Source of the DNA: Candidatus Latescibacterota bacterium
Lineage (GTDB): Bacteria > Latescibacterota > UBA2968 > SICM01
Direction of reading: 5' to 3'
Assembly: GCA_965217865.1 (NCBI GenBank)
Contig: CBDCJO010000002.1
Location: 2,720,001 to 2,784,000, forward strand
Length of the DNA: 64,000 nt
Shown here piece after piece: positions 18,766 to 28,613 of this stretch. The notes beneath the pieces were generated by a model. The model did no database searches and was not told where the DNA came from. It worked only from the letters and a program-made list of their open reading frames with translations. The number at the start of each line of letters is the position of its first letter. The first letter of the stretch is position 1. The translations under genes and the position numbers were made by a program.

Positions 18766-20901
18766 TCAATCGTACCCCTTTTTTCGTTCAACGCGTTCTA
18801 TGTGAGCCACCCGTTCTTTCACGAATTCGACAAAGGCGGTGTCGACCCGGCTCAGATTTAAAAAACGCCGGTAGGCGTTCAGGGCTTCAGGATAAAGGCC
18901 CAGATTGTATGAGACATTGCCCAGGGAGAAATAAGCCTTGGACTCTTGGGTATCAATTCTAAGAGCCTGATGATAGTAGACAATCGCGCTGTCCGGCATT
19001 CCCCGGGCGACAAATAGGTTTCCCAGGTTGAGATGAACACCTGCGTTTTTGGATTCGGACTGGAGAATCGACCTGAAGACCTCTTCGGCCTTTTTAATGT
19101 CATTCACACGATAGTAGATCACACCCAACCGTTTCCGAACCTCCGTCGCACTTGGGCAAAGAGAGAGTGCCTTCTGGCAGTGGGTAAGGGCATCCTGAAA
19201 GCGCCCCAGTTGGATATAAACCGAACTCAGACCCGCGTGGACGTACCAGGCGTTCGGCGTGTGGCTCAGGGCTTGCCGGTAGGCGTCCACGGCCTCGGAT
19301 GGGCGTTGCAGGTTTTTTAAAACCTCTCCCTTTGACGCCAGCACGTCCGAGTGAAAGGTTCCGTATCTGGACGAATTTTCCAGTTCGGAAAGGACCGTTT
19401 CCCAGTCCCTCCCTTCCCCCGCCCATGACAGAGCCCGGAAGTAATGCCGTTCGAATTCGATCTGCCGTCGCGAGATTTCTGAGGCTAGCAAGGCAATGGA
19501 CAAAAGGAAGATGGCCAGAATCAACCCCCAACCTGGTCCAGGCGACACCCGGCACCCCCGATCCGCCCCGGCCACGACACCCAGAAGCATGTAAAAAAAC
19601 ATCACGGTCTGGGGATGTTCCTTCGGAAATGCGAAGACGGCCACAACAAGAAAAGACACGAGCGAAATCGCTAACATCGGCGCAGCAATTCTTGCCTCTA
19701 AATCGGGGCTTCGACCCATTTTCACAAGACCCCTAAATCCGGCCGCTATCAGCCAGATAAAGACGGACAGCCCAACCAACCCGTATTCAGACGCGATCAG
19801 GAGGTAGTCGTTGTGTGGGCTGTTCATAAAAGTTCCCGGATGGGTCGTCGCTCCCCGGTCTTGAGCAGGGTAGACCCGCACCCAATCCCCCGGGCCTACC
19901 CCTATGAACGGAAAGTCCGCCACCATTCGAAGGGTTCCCTTCCAAGCAGCCAGACGGTATTCTACGCCGACATCTTTCTTAAAGAACGACGTCGCCGTGG
20001 TGGCAAGATCCGACCTCGACACGGTCAGGAAAGGGAGGGCTTTACCTTGAAGATCTGTTATGGACCTGCGGGCGGGAAGCACGGAAAGAAAGATAAAAAC
20101 GACCACGAACGCACCCGCCATCATCAGTTTACGACGGTCCATCCTGGACCGAATGGACCCCAGGATAGTCCGCCTCAACTCCGGGAAGAAGATCACGGCC
20201 GTACCCACCAAAGCGATCGCGACGGCGATCCCCAGCCACGCGCCTCGAGTTCGGGTATAGGAAAGATAGACCCCCATCAGCGCTGCGGAAAGTCCCGAAA
20301 AGAAGAGACCGGTCCGACGCCGCCCTTGAAGGAACAGAAGAATCGACAGAGGGCCGGAACAGACAAGATACTCAGCGGCAAAGTTACGGTTTCCGAAAGT
20401 CGCGCTGGGTTGCGCGTTGGAGGGGATGTCGAGGAACGCAAATCCGTGATATTGCAGAATTCCTATTGTAGCGACCAAGAGACCCGTAATCGCGTTTGTC
20501 CACAAAATCGGACGGAACCGCTCGAATGAAACCGCGTTGGCCCCGATCAAAAACAGGATGACCATGGCGGCCTGGTTGACCAATTCGGTCTGGGTGTCCA
20601 GCGAGTGAATCCCCTTGTGGGAAGAAATCAGCGCAACGCCCATAAGACAAACCGCAGGCAGGAGGAGTCGACCTGAAACCAGATGGATGTGTTGTCCCCA
20701 GCGCGTTTGGATGATCCAGCCCAGGCATGCGAGTGCGAGACAGACGTGGAGGGTTAGACGCTTTGGCAAAACCGAATATTCGAAGATCCCCGTCATCATT
20801 ACGAGAGGGACTGCTGCGACCATCAGGCAGAGGGCACCGGTCACCACACGTTCCCCGAACGATCCCGTCAAACCCCTAATTCCTTGATCCTCCCCTTGCA
20901 T
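18766..20901 (-). CDS. O-antigen ligase-like (Wzy_C) membrane protein with C-terminal TPRs, array copy F (likely true start TTG 20871)
   Basis: Many TM helices; PSATFGNRN, YTRTRGAW, YRLAAW, GVGPG, PHNDYL; TPR repeats. Confidence 0.85.
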   Translation of the reverse strand: MQGEDQGIRGLTGSFGERVVTGALCLMVAAVPLVMMTGIFEYSVLPKRLTLHVCLALACLGWIIQTRWGQHIHLVSGRLLLPAVCLMGVALISSHKGIHSLDTQTELVNQAAMVILFLIGANAVSFERFRPILWTNAITGLLVATIGILQYHGFAFLDIPSNAQPSATFGNRNFAAEYLVCSGPLSILLFLQGRRRTGLFFSGLSAALMGVYLSYTRTRGAWLGIAVAIALVGTAVIFFPELRRTILGSIRSRMDRRKLMMAGAFVVVFIFLSVLPARRSITDLQGKALPFLTVSRSDLATTATSFFKKDVGVEYRLAAWKGTLRMVADFPFIGVGPGDWVRVYPAQDRGATTHPGTFMNSPHNDYLLIASEYGLVGLSVFIWLIAAGFRGLVKMGRSPDLEARIAAPMLAISLVSFLVVAVFAFPKEHPQTVMFFYMLLGVVAGADRGCRVSPGPGWGLILAIFLLSIALLASEISRRQIEFERHYFRALSWAGEGRDWETVLSELENSSRYGTFHSDVLASKGEVLKNLQRPSEAVDAYRQALSHTPNAWYVHAGLSSVYIQLGRFQDALTHCQKALSLCPSATEVRKRLGVIYYRVNDIKKAEEVFRSILQSESKNAGVHLNLGNLFVARGMPDSAIVYYHQALRIDTQESKAYFSLGNVSYNLGLYPEALNAYRRFLNLSRVDTAFVEFVKERVAHIERVERKKGYD

Positions 20902-23261
20902 ACTTCGATCCGATCCTTTACAAATTGAAGTTGGGTCTTATCACCTTGGGCAACCTCCAAATAAAACCGGTAGGCTTCAATGGCATCCTGGTATCGACGT
21001 TGCGTATACAAAAAATTCCCCAGGGAAAGGTGAACCTCGGAAAATCCGGGTTGTAGTGAGATCGCCTTCCTGAAGGCATCTTCGGCATCTTTCAGTTTTC
21101 CAAGTTTCTCCAACACCAAACCGAGGCCCCAGTGCACGCTTGCATTCTCAGGTTCGATCTCCGCGATCCGCAGGTAGTTTTCGATTGCCCCCTGATAATC
21201 CCCCTTCTTTTGATAAGCCACCGCTAGATTCAAGTGCGCCTGGAGATAAGCCACCGCTAGATTCAAGTGCGCCTTCCTGAAACCTGGATCGATCCGAAAA
21301 ACCTCAAGGAACTCCTCAACGGCATCTCCGAATCGCTCTTGGGCAAGATAGGTGTTCCCCAGATTGAAATGAACCCCCGCGTCGTCCGCATCTACGTTCA
21401 GGACCTTTTGGAATTCCTCCGCTGCGCGATCCAGGTCCCCCCGTTCCAGAAAAATAACCCCCAGGTTGTTCCGAGAGTCCGTGGAAGAGGGACATAAGGC
21501 CAGAACCTTTCTGCAATGATCCATGGCCTCTTCGATTCGCCCCTGCTGCAAGAACAACGAACCCAGGCTCTCGTGGGCCTGCCAGTGGTATGGCGCCAGA
21601 GAGAGGGCCTCTCGATATGCGGCCTCCGCCTCACGAGGGCGTTCCAGGTGTTTCAAGGCGTCTCCCTTGAGGACCAGGATGTGCGGCCGAAAGCTTCCAT
21701 ACTCCAGGGCTCGTTGCGTTTCGGCCAGGAGCGTTGGCCATTCGGTCCGCGTTTTTCCCCAATAGTTGGCCATCAGGTAGTGTCGGTCGAACCACACCCA
21801 CCTCCAGGAGAGTGCTCCTGCGCCGAGAGGAACAAGAAGAAGAACGACCACGAGAAGGAGACCGTTCGTTCTGGAACGGATTTCGATCTGACGTTGTGAA
21901 GTTGACGCGGCCGCGACCCCGAGGATGAGGTGGGGAAACATCGCGGCGTGAGGCCAATCCCGAGGAAAATTTAGAAAGGCGTCTCCCAGATACGCAAGGA
22001 GGGAAAGGGAAAACATCAGCGCAGCAACACGGGTGCGTTTCTCTGGATCCCGGGCCATCCGAAACAGACATAGAAAACCGGCCAAAAGGAACCAGAGGTA
22101 TGTGCCAAACCCGATCAGGCCGTATTCCGAAGCGATCCAGAGATAATCATTGTGGAGATTGTTCATCACTATCCCGGGCGTGTTTGTCACCCCGCGGTCG
22201 TAATGCGGATAAGCCCGTTTCCATCCGCCGGGGCCTACGCCCAGGAGGGGGTGATCTGAGATCATTCGGATCGTAGCGCACCACGTGGAAAAGCGGTAGT
22301 CCACCCCCACGTCCCTCTGCAAAATCGACCTTGCCGTTGTAAGAACATCGGCCTTCGACGGGCTGAGTTGCGCCTCAATGGATCGTTGGGGAGGAAGGAG
22401 GGATAGAACGATAAAAAGAAAAAGAAATCCGAAAGCGAGGACGGATTTTCGACGATTGATCTCCGACCTTAAGGCCTCATACATCGATCGTCGCAATCCA
22501 GGCATGGCGGACAGGAGCCCACATACGAGCAGCACGGCTCCCCCTGCACCCACCCAGGCACTCCGGGTGCGGGTATAGATGAGGAAGACCCCCATCAGGG
22601 TCGTTGACAACCCCGATAGGAGCACGGGCGTCTTCCGCGAGGAGGTCAGAAACTGAAGAATCGACAGCGGGATGGCGCAGATCAAGTACTCTGCCGCGAA
22701 GTTCCTGTTTCCGAAGGTCGCGCTCGGAGGGGCGGCTGAAGGAATCCACGATACGGCCAAGCCGTGGTACTGGAGGACTCCCACCATGCCGACGACCAAC
22801 CCTGTGGCCGAACTTGCCCACAGAATCGGTCTGATCTGTTCCAGGGATAGGGAATTGGCCACAACGACCAAAAGGACGATGAGGGCGGCGTTTTTCGAAA
22901 GTTCCGTAAGGGTGTCCAGGGGATGCGTCGATCCGGGAGCCGAAAGGACGGCGACCCCCAGAAAACAGATCAAAGGAAGAAAAAGCGGGGTGGATACGAG
23001 GGACACGCGCCGCAATCTCAAGATGTGAACGATCCAGCCCAAGCAGGTGAGTGCGATGCAGAAGTTAAGCACCAGATGTTTCGGGGCCCAAACAAACGCA
23101 TATAACCCCGGCAGGTAGATCAGGGGAACAGCCGAAACCATCAGGCAGAGGGGGCCTACGACGAAATAAACGCCATGCGTAGCACCTCCCTGACTCAATC
23201 GAATCCGGCTTTTTGAACCTCCGTTTTTCTCCCGACTGATCTTTTTATCCCCTCTTCGCAT
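20868..23261 (-). CDS. Wzy_C-TPR protein, array copy E (likely true start TTG 23198)
   Basis: Same motifs (PSATFGNRN, YTRTRSAW, HPLLGVGPGGW, LHNDYL) with an extended TPR tail. Confidence 0.85.
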   Translation of the reverse strand: MRRGDKKISREKNGGSKSRIRLSQGGATHGVYFVVGPLCLMVSAVPLIYLPGLYAFVWAPKHLVLNFCIALTCLGWIVHILRLRRVSLVSTPLFLPLICFLGVAVLSAPGSTHPLDTLTELSKNAALIVLLVVVANSLSLEQIRPILWASSATGLVVGMVGVLQYHGLAVSWIPSAAPPSATFGNRNFAAEYLICAIPLSILQFLTSSRKTPVLLSGLSTTLMGVFLIYTRTRSAWVGAGGAVLLVCGLLSAMPGLRRSMYEALRSEINRRKSVLAFGFLFLFIVLSLLPPQRSIEAQLSPSKADVLTTARSILQRDVGVDYRFSTWCATIRMISDHPLLGVGPGGWKRAYPHYDRGVTNTPGIVMNNLHNDYLWIASEYGLIGFGTYLWFLLAGFLCLFRMARDPEKRTRVAALMFSLSLLAYLGDAFLNFPRDWPHAAMFPHLILGVAAASTSQRQIEIRSRTNGLLLVVVLLLVPLGAGALSWRWVWFDRHYLMANYWGKTRTEWPTLLAETQRALEYGSFRPHILVLKGDALKHLERPREAEAAYREALSLAPYHWQAHESLGSLFLQQGRIEEAMDHCRKVLALCPSSTDSRNNLGVIFLERGDLDRAAEEFQKVLNVDADDAGVHFNLGNTYLAQERFGDAVEEFLEVFRIDPGFRKAHLNLAVAYLQAHLNLAVAYQKKGDYQGAIENYLRIAEIEPENASVHWGLGLVLEKLGKLKDAEDAFRKAISLQPGFSEVHLSLGNFLYTQRRYQDAIEAYRFYLEVAQGDKTQLQFVKDRIEVCKGRIKELGV
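21212..21274. repeat. Exact 30-bp direct repeat with a 33-bp period (in-frame AHLNLAVAY x2)
   Basis: GATAAGCCACCGCTAGATTCAAGTGCGCCT at 21212-21241 and 21245-21274. Confidence 0.95.
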
Positions 23262-24464
23262 CTTTCGATCCGCTCTCGGACAAACGCGACACGGGCGGTA
23301 TCCCCCCCAGACAACCCCAGGTAAGCCCGATAGGCCGTCAGGGCTTCCTGAAAATTTCCAATGGCGTAGGTGAGATTTCCCAGGGCAAGGTGAGCCTGAA
23401 CGAGATCCGGGCGTACGGCGATGGCTTTCCGGTACGCGGACCCCGCCTCTTCCAACCTTCCTTCAGCCTTCAGGGAAAGACCCAAACCAAGCTGAGCATT
23501 GGCATCTTCAGGATGCCGATTCACCGCCTTCCGATAGTCCGCGAGGGCTTCGTTAAAACGTCCCTTGCGTAGATGGACATATCCTAGGTTTGAGTGAACC
23601 TCGGAAAGGTTGGGGTCCAGGCTGAGCGCCTCGGTGTAATAAACGAGCGCGCTGTCCAGCCGTCCCTGTACCTGGTGGAGCTTTCCCAAGTCCAGTCGGG
23701 CCTCCGCGTCGTTGGGGGAAGCCCGCACCGCGGATTTGAACGCCTCCTCCGCGAGGACGAGTCACCCGCTGGACTCGGCGGCCGAACTATCGTATCAGGC
23801 TTCACTGGTCCTTCTGTATTTCCTTTCGGCTAACCTTATTGGTTTTCAAAGTTTGCGATCCATATTTTGGGCAAGTGGCACAACGGGGCTGGTCGTTGCC
23901 TCGATCGGGATCCTCCAGTACCACAGCCTCGCTTTTCTCGGAATTCCGACAAATGCTCACCCGAGCGCAACCTTTGGCAACCGGAACCTGGCGGCGATGA
24001 ACCTGGTATGTGCTATCCCGCTGTCCGGATATCTCTTCGTGACGGCACGAGATCGGATCGCACTCATCCTGTCTGGTTTATCGGCATCTCTGATGGGTGT
24101 TTATCTGGTATATACGCGGACTCGAAGCGCGTGGCTGGGGATGGCGGGTGCAATTTTATGCGTGTGTGCGGTCGTTGCCCTCTGCCCTCATCTTCGAAGA
24201 CCCTTATTACGAGCGATTCGGTCGATGTTTGACCGTCGAAAGGTCTTCCTGGGGCTGGGATTCCTGGCCTTGTTTTCCATCCTCTCCGTACTGTCACCCC
24301 GGCAAGCCAGAATTCAAGACCGAGCCCTGCCTACTCTTACACAGGACAAGATCGATATAACCGCCACAGCCGCCTTGGTCTTACAGATGGACGTCGGTAT
24401 GAGAATGGGCTTCCGGAAGAGATTCCGCACGGAGATCGGGGACCACTTGGTCACGTGTACTCAT
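23195..24464 (-). pseudogene. Wzy_C-TPR array copy D, rearranged: short N-terminus, inverted internal TM segment (about 23745-24398, on +), C-terminal TPRs
   Basis: Minus strand MSTRDQVV... from 24464; plus strand TSHPLD...PSATFGNRN...YTRTRSAW...QMDVG; minus strand AEEAFKSAVRASPNDAEARLDLGK to the stop at 23195. Confidence 0.85.
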
Positions 24465-24692
24465 CGAATCCCACCCCTTTGGATCTGGTCTTCGCATTCG
24501 CCGATCCGTTCTCTTACAAACCGGGCGCGCGTTGAATCACATTCGATCAGAGGCAGTAAGGTCCTGTAGGCAGCCTGGGCCTCGCGAAAACGACCTTGCT
24601 CGAAGGTAATGTTTCCCAGAGCAAGGTGCGCCTGTGGCAGACCGGGTCGGATCTGAATGGCAGCCCTGAAGGCCTTCTCCGCCTTCACTAGT

Positions 24693-26524
24693 CCCTATAC
24701 AAGCGTGAATTTTTCTTGGTTTTAGTAGAAAAAAGTTGAAATGCCCCAGTTTTCAGGCCTATAGTTGTAGTATGAAAGACAAAAAGAGGCCATCAAAAAG
24801 GGGCATTTCAGATGAGAGAATACAGGAAGATTCTTCGGAACAGGGAAGCACGAATTGTCCGTCGTTTGCGTCGGAAGCAGTGGTGCAGTCAGGTCAAGCC
24901 TATGATGTCTGGGGGAAACATCCACTACGAGATGAGTGGGAAGGCCGAGGCGATCACGTGTGGGGGGATCGGCGCGTTTCACCACATGGTCCGCAGGGTT
25001 GGGCTGGTGAAAGAGATTGACCGTCATCTTCATCTTTTGAAAGTGCATTTGCCCTGTCACGAATCAGACCACGTTCTGAACATCGCCTACAATGCGCTGG
25101 TTGGTGGTCAACGCCTTGAAGACATTGAGCTGCGCCGGCAGGATGCCACGTTCCTGAACGCTTTGGGCGCTCAGCGTCTCCCGGATCCGACCACAGCAGG
25201 CGACTTTACACGTCGTTTCCGGCCATCGGATATCGAGACGTTGATGGATTGCATCAACCGGGTGCGCACCCGGATCTGGAAAAAGCGCGCCAGGGGCGAA
25301 CTCAAAGAAGCCCTCATCGACATCGACGGCACCCTGGCCACCACTCTCGGAGAACGCAAGCAGGGCATGGCCCTGTCATACAACGGTATCTGGGGATACC
25401 ATCCTCTCGTGGTCTCTCTGGCGAACACCAGGGAGGTGTTGTTTCTTGTGAATCGACCCGGCCATGTGCCCAGCCACGACGGTGCCGTAAAGTGGATCGA
25501 TCGCGCCATCGCGCTGGTCGCCCCTTTCGCCAAACGCATCTGCCTGCGCGGAGACACCGGCTTCTCACTCACCCGGCACTTCGATCGTTGGTCGGAAAAG
25601 GTCGACTTCGTCTTCGGCATGGATGCTTACCGGGGATTGGTCAAGATCGCCAAATCCCTGTCACAGAGCGATTGGGAGCCCTTTGAACGACAACCCAAAT
25701 ACCAGGTCAAGACCTCCCAGAGACAGAAACGCGAGAACGTGAAAGCCCGGATCATCCGGGAGCGCGGCTTCAAAAACATCCGACTTGCCAGTGAACGTGT
25801 TGCCGGGGTTTCGTATCGTCCTGCTCGATGCAGGAAGACCTGTCGACTCGTGATCCTCGAAAAAAACCTGAGCGTCGAACGCGGCGAAAACGCCCTGTTC
25901 GATGACAAGCGCTGTTTCTTCTACATTACCACCCGAAAAGATCTTACGGCCGCGGAAATCGTGAGGCTGGCCAATCGACGGTGCGATCAGGAAAACGTGA
26001 TTGAACAACTCAAGAACGGGGTCAACGCCATGCGGATGCCCGTCGACAACCTGATGAGCAACTGGGCTTACATGGTCATGACCGCCCTGGCGTGGAACCT
26101 CAAAGCCTGGTTCGCGTTGATGATCCGAAAGCGTGAGCGTCGCGATCAACTTCTGAGAATGGAGTTTCGCGCCTTCCTCCAGAATCTGATCTGGATCCCC
26201 TGCCAGATCGTGACCCGGGGAAGACAGATCATCTATCGTGTCTTGGGCTACAACCGGTGGATGACTGACTTCTTCCCGGCCTGGAACAGAATCAGATGGC
26301 TCAAACCGGCCTGACTGCCATGTCAGCACCTGTCGTCGTAACATCACAGGGACAAGTCCGTCCACCCCGGCTAAAACACGTCCGCAAACTCAGTTAATTA
26401 GACAATCGCATGCCGAAACAATCACAAAAACAGCCCAGACATCATCTCCACCAAGTCACAAGTCTGAAATGCTCCGAAATCTTGTATAACACACCGCTCA
26501 ACAAGCCTATTCGCTTATTTTAGG
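24693..26524 (+). mobile_element. IS1380-family insertion sequence (about 1.83 kb) with 6-bp target duplication ACTAGT
   Basis: ACTAGT at 24687-24692 and 26525-26530; imperfect terminal IRs CCCTATACAAGCG and revcomp CCTAAAATAAGCG. Confidence 0.9.
24812..26314 (+). CDS. IS1380-family DDE transposase
   Basis: 500 aa; LIDIDGT, GYHPL, RGDTGF, ENVIEQLKNG, NWAY. Confidence 0.92.
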   Translation: MREYRKILRNREARIVRRLRRKQWCSQVKPMMSGGNIHYEMSGKAEAITCGGIGAFHHMVRRVGLVKEIDRHLHLLKVHLPCHESDHVLNIAYNALVGGQRLEDIELRRQDATFLNALGAQRLPDPTTAGDFTRRFRPSDIETLMDCINRVRTRIWKKRARGELKEALIDIDGTLATTLGERKQGMALSYNGIWGYHPLVVSLANTREVLFLVNRPGHVPSHDGAVKWIDRAIALVAPFAKRICLRGDTGFSLTRHFDRWSEKVDFVFGMDAYRGLVKIAKSLSQSDWEPFERQPKYQVKTSQRQKRENVKARIIRERGFKNIRLASERVAGVSYRPARCRKTCRLVILEKNLSVERGENALFDDKRCFFYITTRKDLTAAEIVRLANRRCDQENVIEQLKNGVNAMRMPVDNLMSNWAYMVMTALAWNLKAWFALMIRKRERRDQLLRMEFRAFLQNLIWIPCQIVTRGRQIIYRVLGYNRWMTDFFPAWNRIRWLKPA

Positions 26525-28613
26525 ACTAGTTGGCCGTCGCCCTTCAGAGATAAGCCGAAGCCCAGTTGAACGTTGGCGTCCTCGGGATAGATCCGCACCG
26601 CATCCCGATAGTGCCGGAGGGCCTCATCGAGACGCCCCTGCAAAAGGTAGACATAGGCGAGATCTGCGTGCATCATAGGAAGATCCGGATTGAGACGGAT
26701 CGCCTCCTGATAATGTACGATCGCGCTGTCCAGTTGCCCCTTGGCCTCATAGAGTTTTCCCATGTTGTATCGCATTTCAGCGTTGTGAGGCGAAACCTGA
26801 AGGGCGGCCCGGAATTCCTGCTCGGCGAGTTCCGGTTTTCCCATCTGCAGATAGATCGCTCCGATATAGTCCCGGATATAGTTCGCGCTCGGACAGAGGT
26901 TCAGGGCGGTTTGACAATGGACAAGCGCATCCCGGAACCTTCCCTGCTTCAGGTAGACGAATCCGAGACCCTCGTGCGCGTACCAGGTATGGGGGGCTAC
27001 GGTGAGGGTCTGTCGATAGGCCTCTTCCGCTTCGGTATACCGCTCCAGATTTTGCAGGGCAAGACCTTTGAAAAACACCAGGTCGGAGCGGAAGGACCCG
27101 TATCGATTCGCCCGTTCGACCTCGGATAGGACAGCAGGCCAGCTCTTTTCTGACACCCCCCAGGAGAAAGCACCCAAATAGTGCCTGTCGAAACCGATCC
27201 GTCGCCGTGAGAGTTCTGCGCCGGCGGCGGATATGAAAAAAAGCGCACAAAGGATCGATCCTCTGATGACCGATCGGCTGGGGAGGATCCGACTTTCGGC
27301 CGTGGCCCCGGCCGCGATGCCGAATAGGAAGAAGGGAAACATTGCGGTTTGGGCTTGCTCCTTGGGGAATCCGAAGCACGCGGCCCCCAGGATCGACAGG
27401 ATCGAAGGTGCAAACATCGGGGCGGCGAGTTGATGAAATCGATCCCGGACCAAAGCCATTTTAAGCAGACACCTGAAGCCTGCCAGGAGAAACCAGATGT
27501 AGATGCCCAGGCCGATCAAACCGTATTCAGCGCCTATCCATAAATAGTCGTTGTGGGGTTTTCGGTGATATCCTTCGGTGGTAATCGTCTGGCCCCCATC
27601 ATACAGGGGATGTTTCCGGATCCACCCACCCGGACCGACACCAAACAGGGGATGGTCGGAGATCATTCTCAGCGTGCTCCCCCAAAACGCGAGACGCTCA
27701 GTGATGCCGGCATCTTTGAGTTCCTCCTTTTTAAACACCGACAGTGCTGTTGTGGCGATGCCGGTCTTGACATCGGGAACGGATCTGTGGCTTCGATGGG
27801 GAGGCAGTGCGGAGAGGATCACGAACATGATCAGGAGTCCCAGTGAAAGGAACCGTTTCCGCCTGTCCATCCCCGAGCGGACGGCCTCCAAAAAAGGAGC
27901 TCGAATGCCCCGACAGAGGATGAGCACCGCCCCGATGATGATCAACGCAGCCACCACTGAGACCCAAGCCCCCCGCGTGCGCGTATAGACCAGATTTACC
28001 GCCATCAAAGTTCCGGCCAGTCCAGAGATGAGCGAGGCCTCCCAGCGGCGGACGAATAGATATAAAAGTCCGGACAGGGGAATGGCGCAGATCAGATACT
28101 CCGCAGCCAGGTTGCGGTTTGCGAAAGTCGCACTGGGAAGGGCGTTGGAGGGAATTCCTGAGAAAGCGAGTTGATGGTACTGCAAAATTCCGATCAGGGA
28201 AACGATCAAGCCGGCGACCGTGGAAGTCCATAAAACAGGGAGGAGGCCTTTCTGGGTGAGGCCGTTCGCAGCCAAAAAAAACAGGATGATCAGGGATGCC
28301 AGGTTGACGAGTTCAACAAGCGTGTCGACCGGATACGTGGTGGCATGGGCCGAAACCAGTCCGACGCCCAAAAAGCACAGCGCAGGCAGGTTGAGGGGAC
28401 TTGATACGAAACCCGCGTCCCTGCCCCATCCCATATGGACAAACCATCCGGCGCAGCCTATGGCCAGGCAGACTTGAAAGGCCAGCCACTTTGGCAGCAT
28501 GGCATACTCATAGATCCCCGGAATATAGACAACGGCAACCGTGAAGGACATCAAACAGAGGGCAGCGACCGTCACGATCGGGCCCGCTATGGAGAAGCGA
28601 TATCCTCCCGCTT

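Noticed and set aside
23745-24398. Shufflon or recombinase-driven invertible segment
   Set aside because: No site-specific recombinase or paired inverted sites, and re-inversion would not restore a full gene.
24722-26365. Additional ORFs inside IS1380
   Set aside because: They overlap the transposase in other frames or strands and show no motifs.
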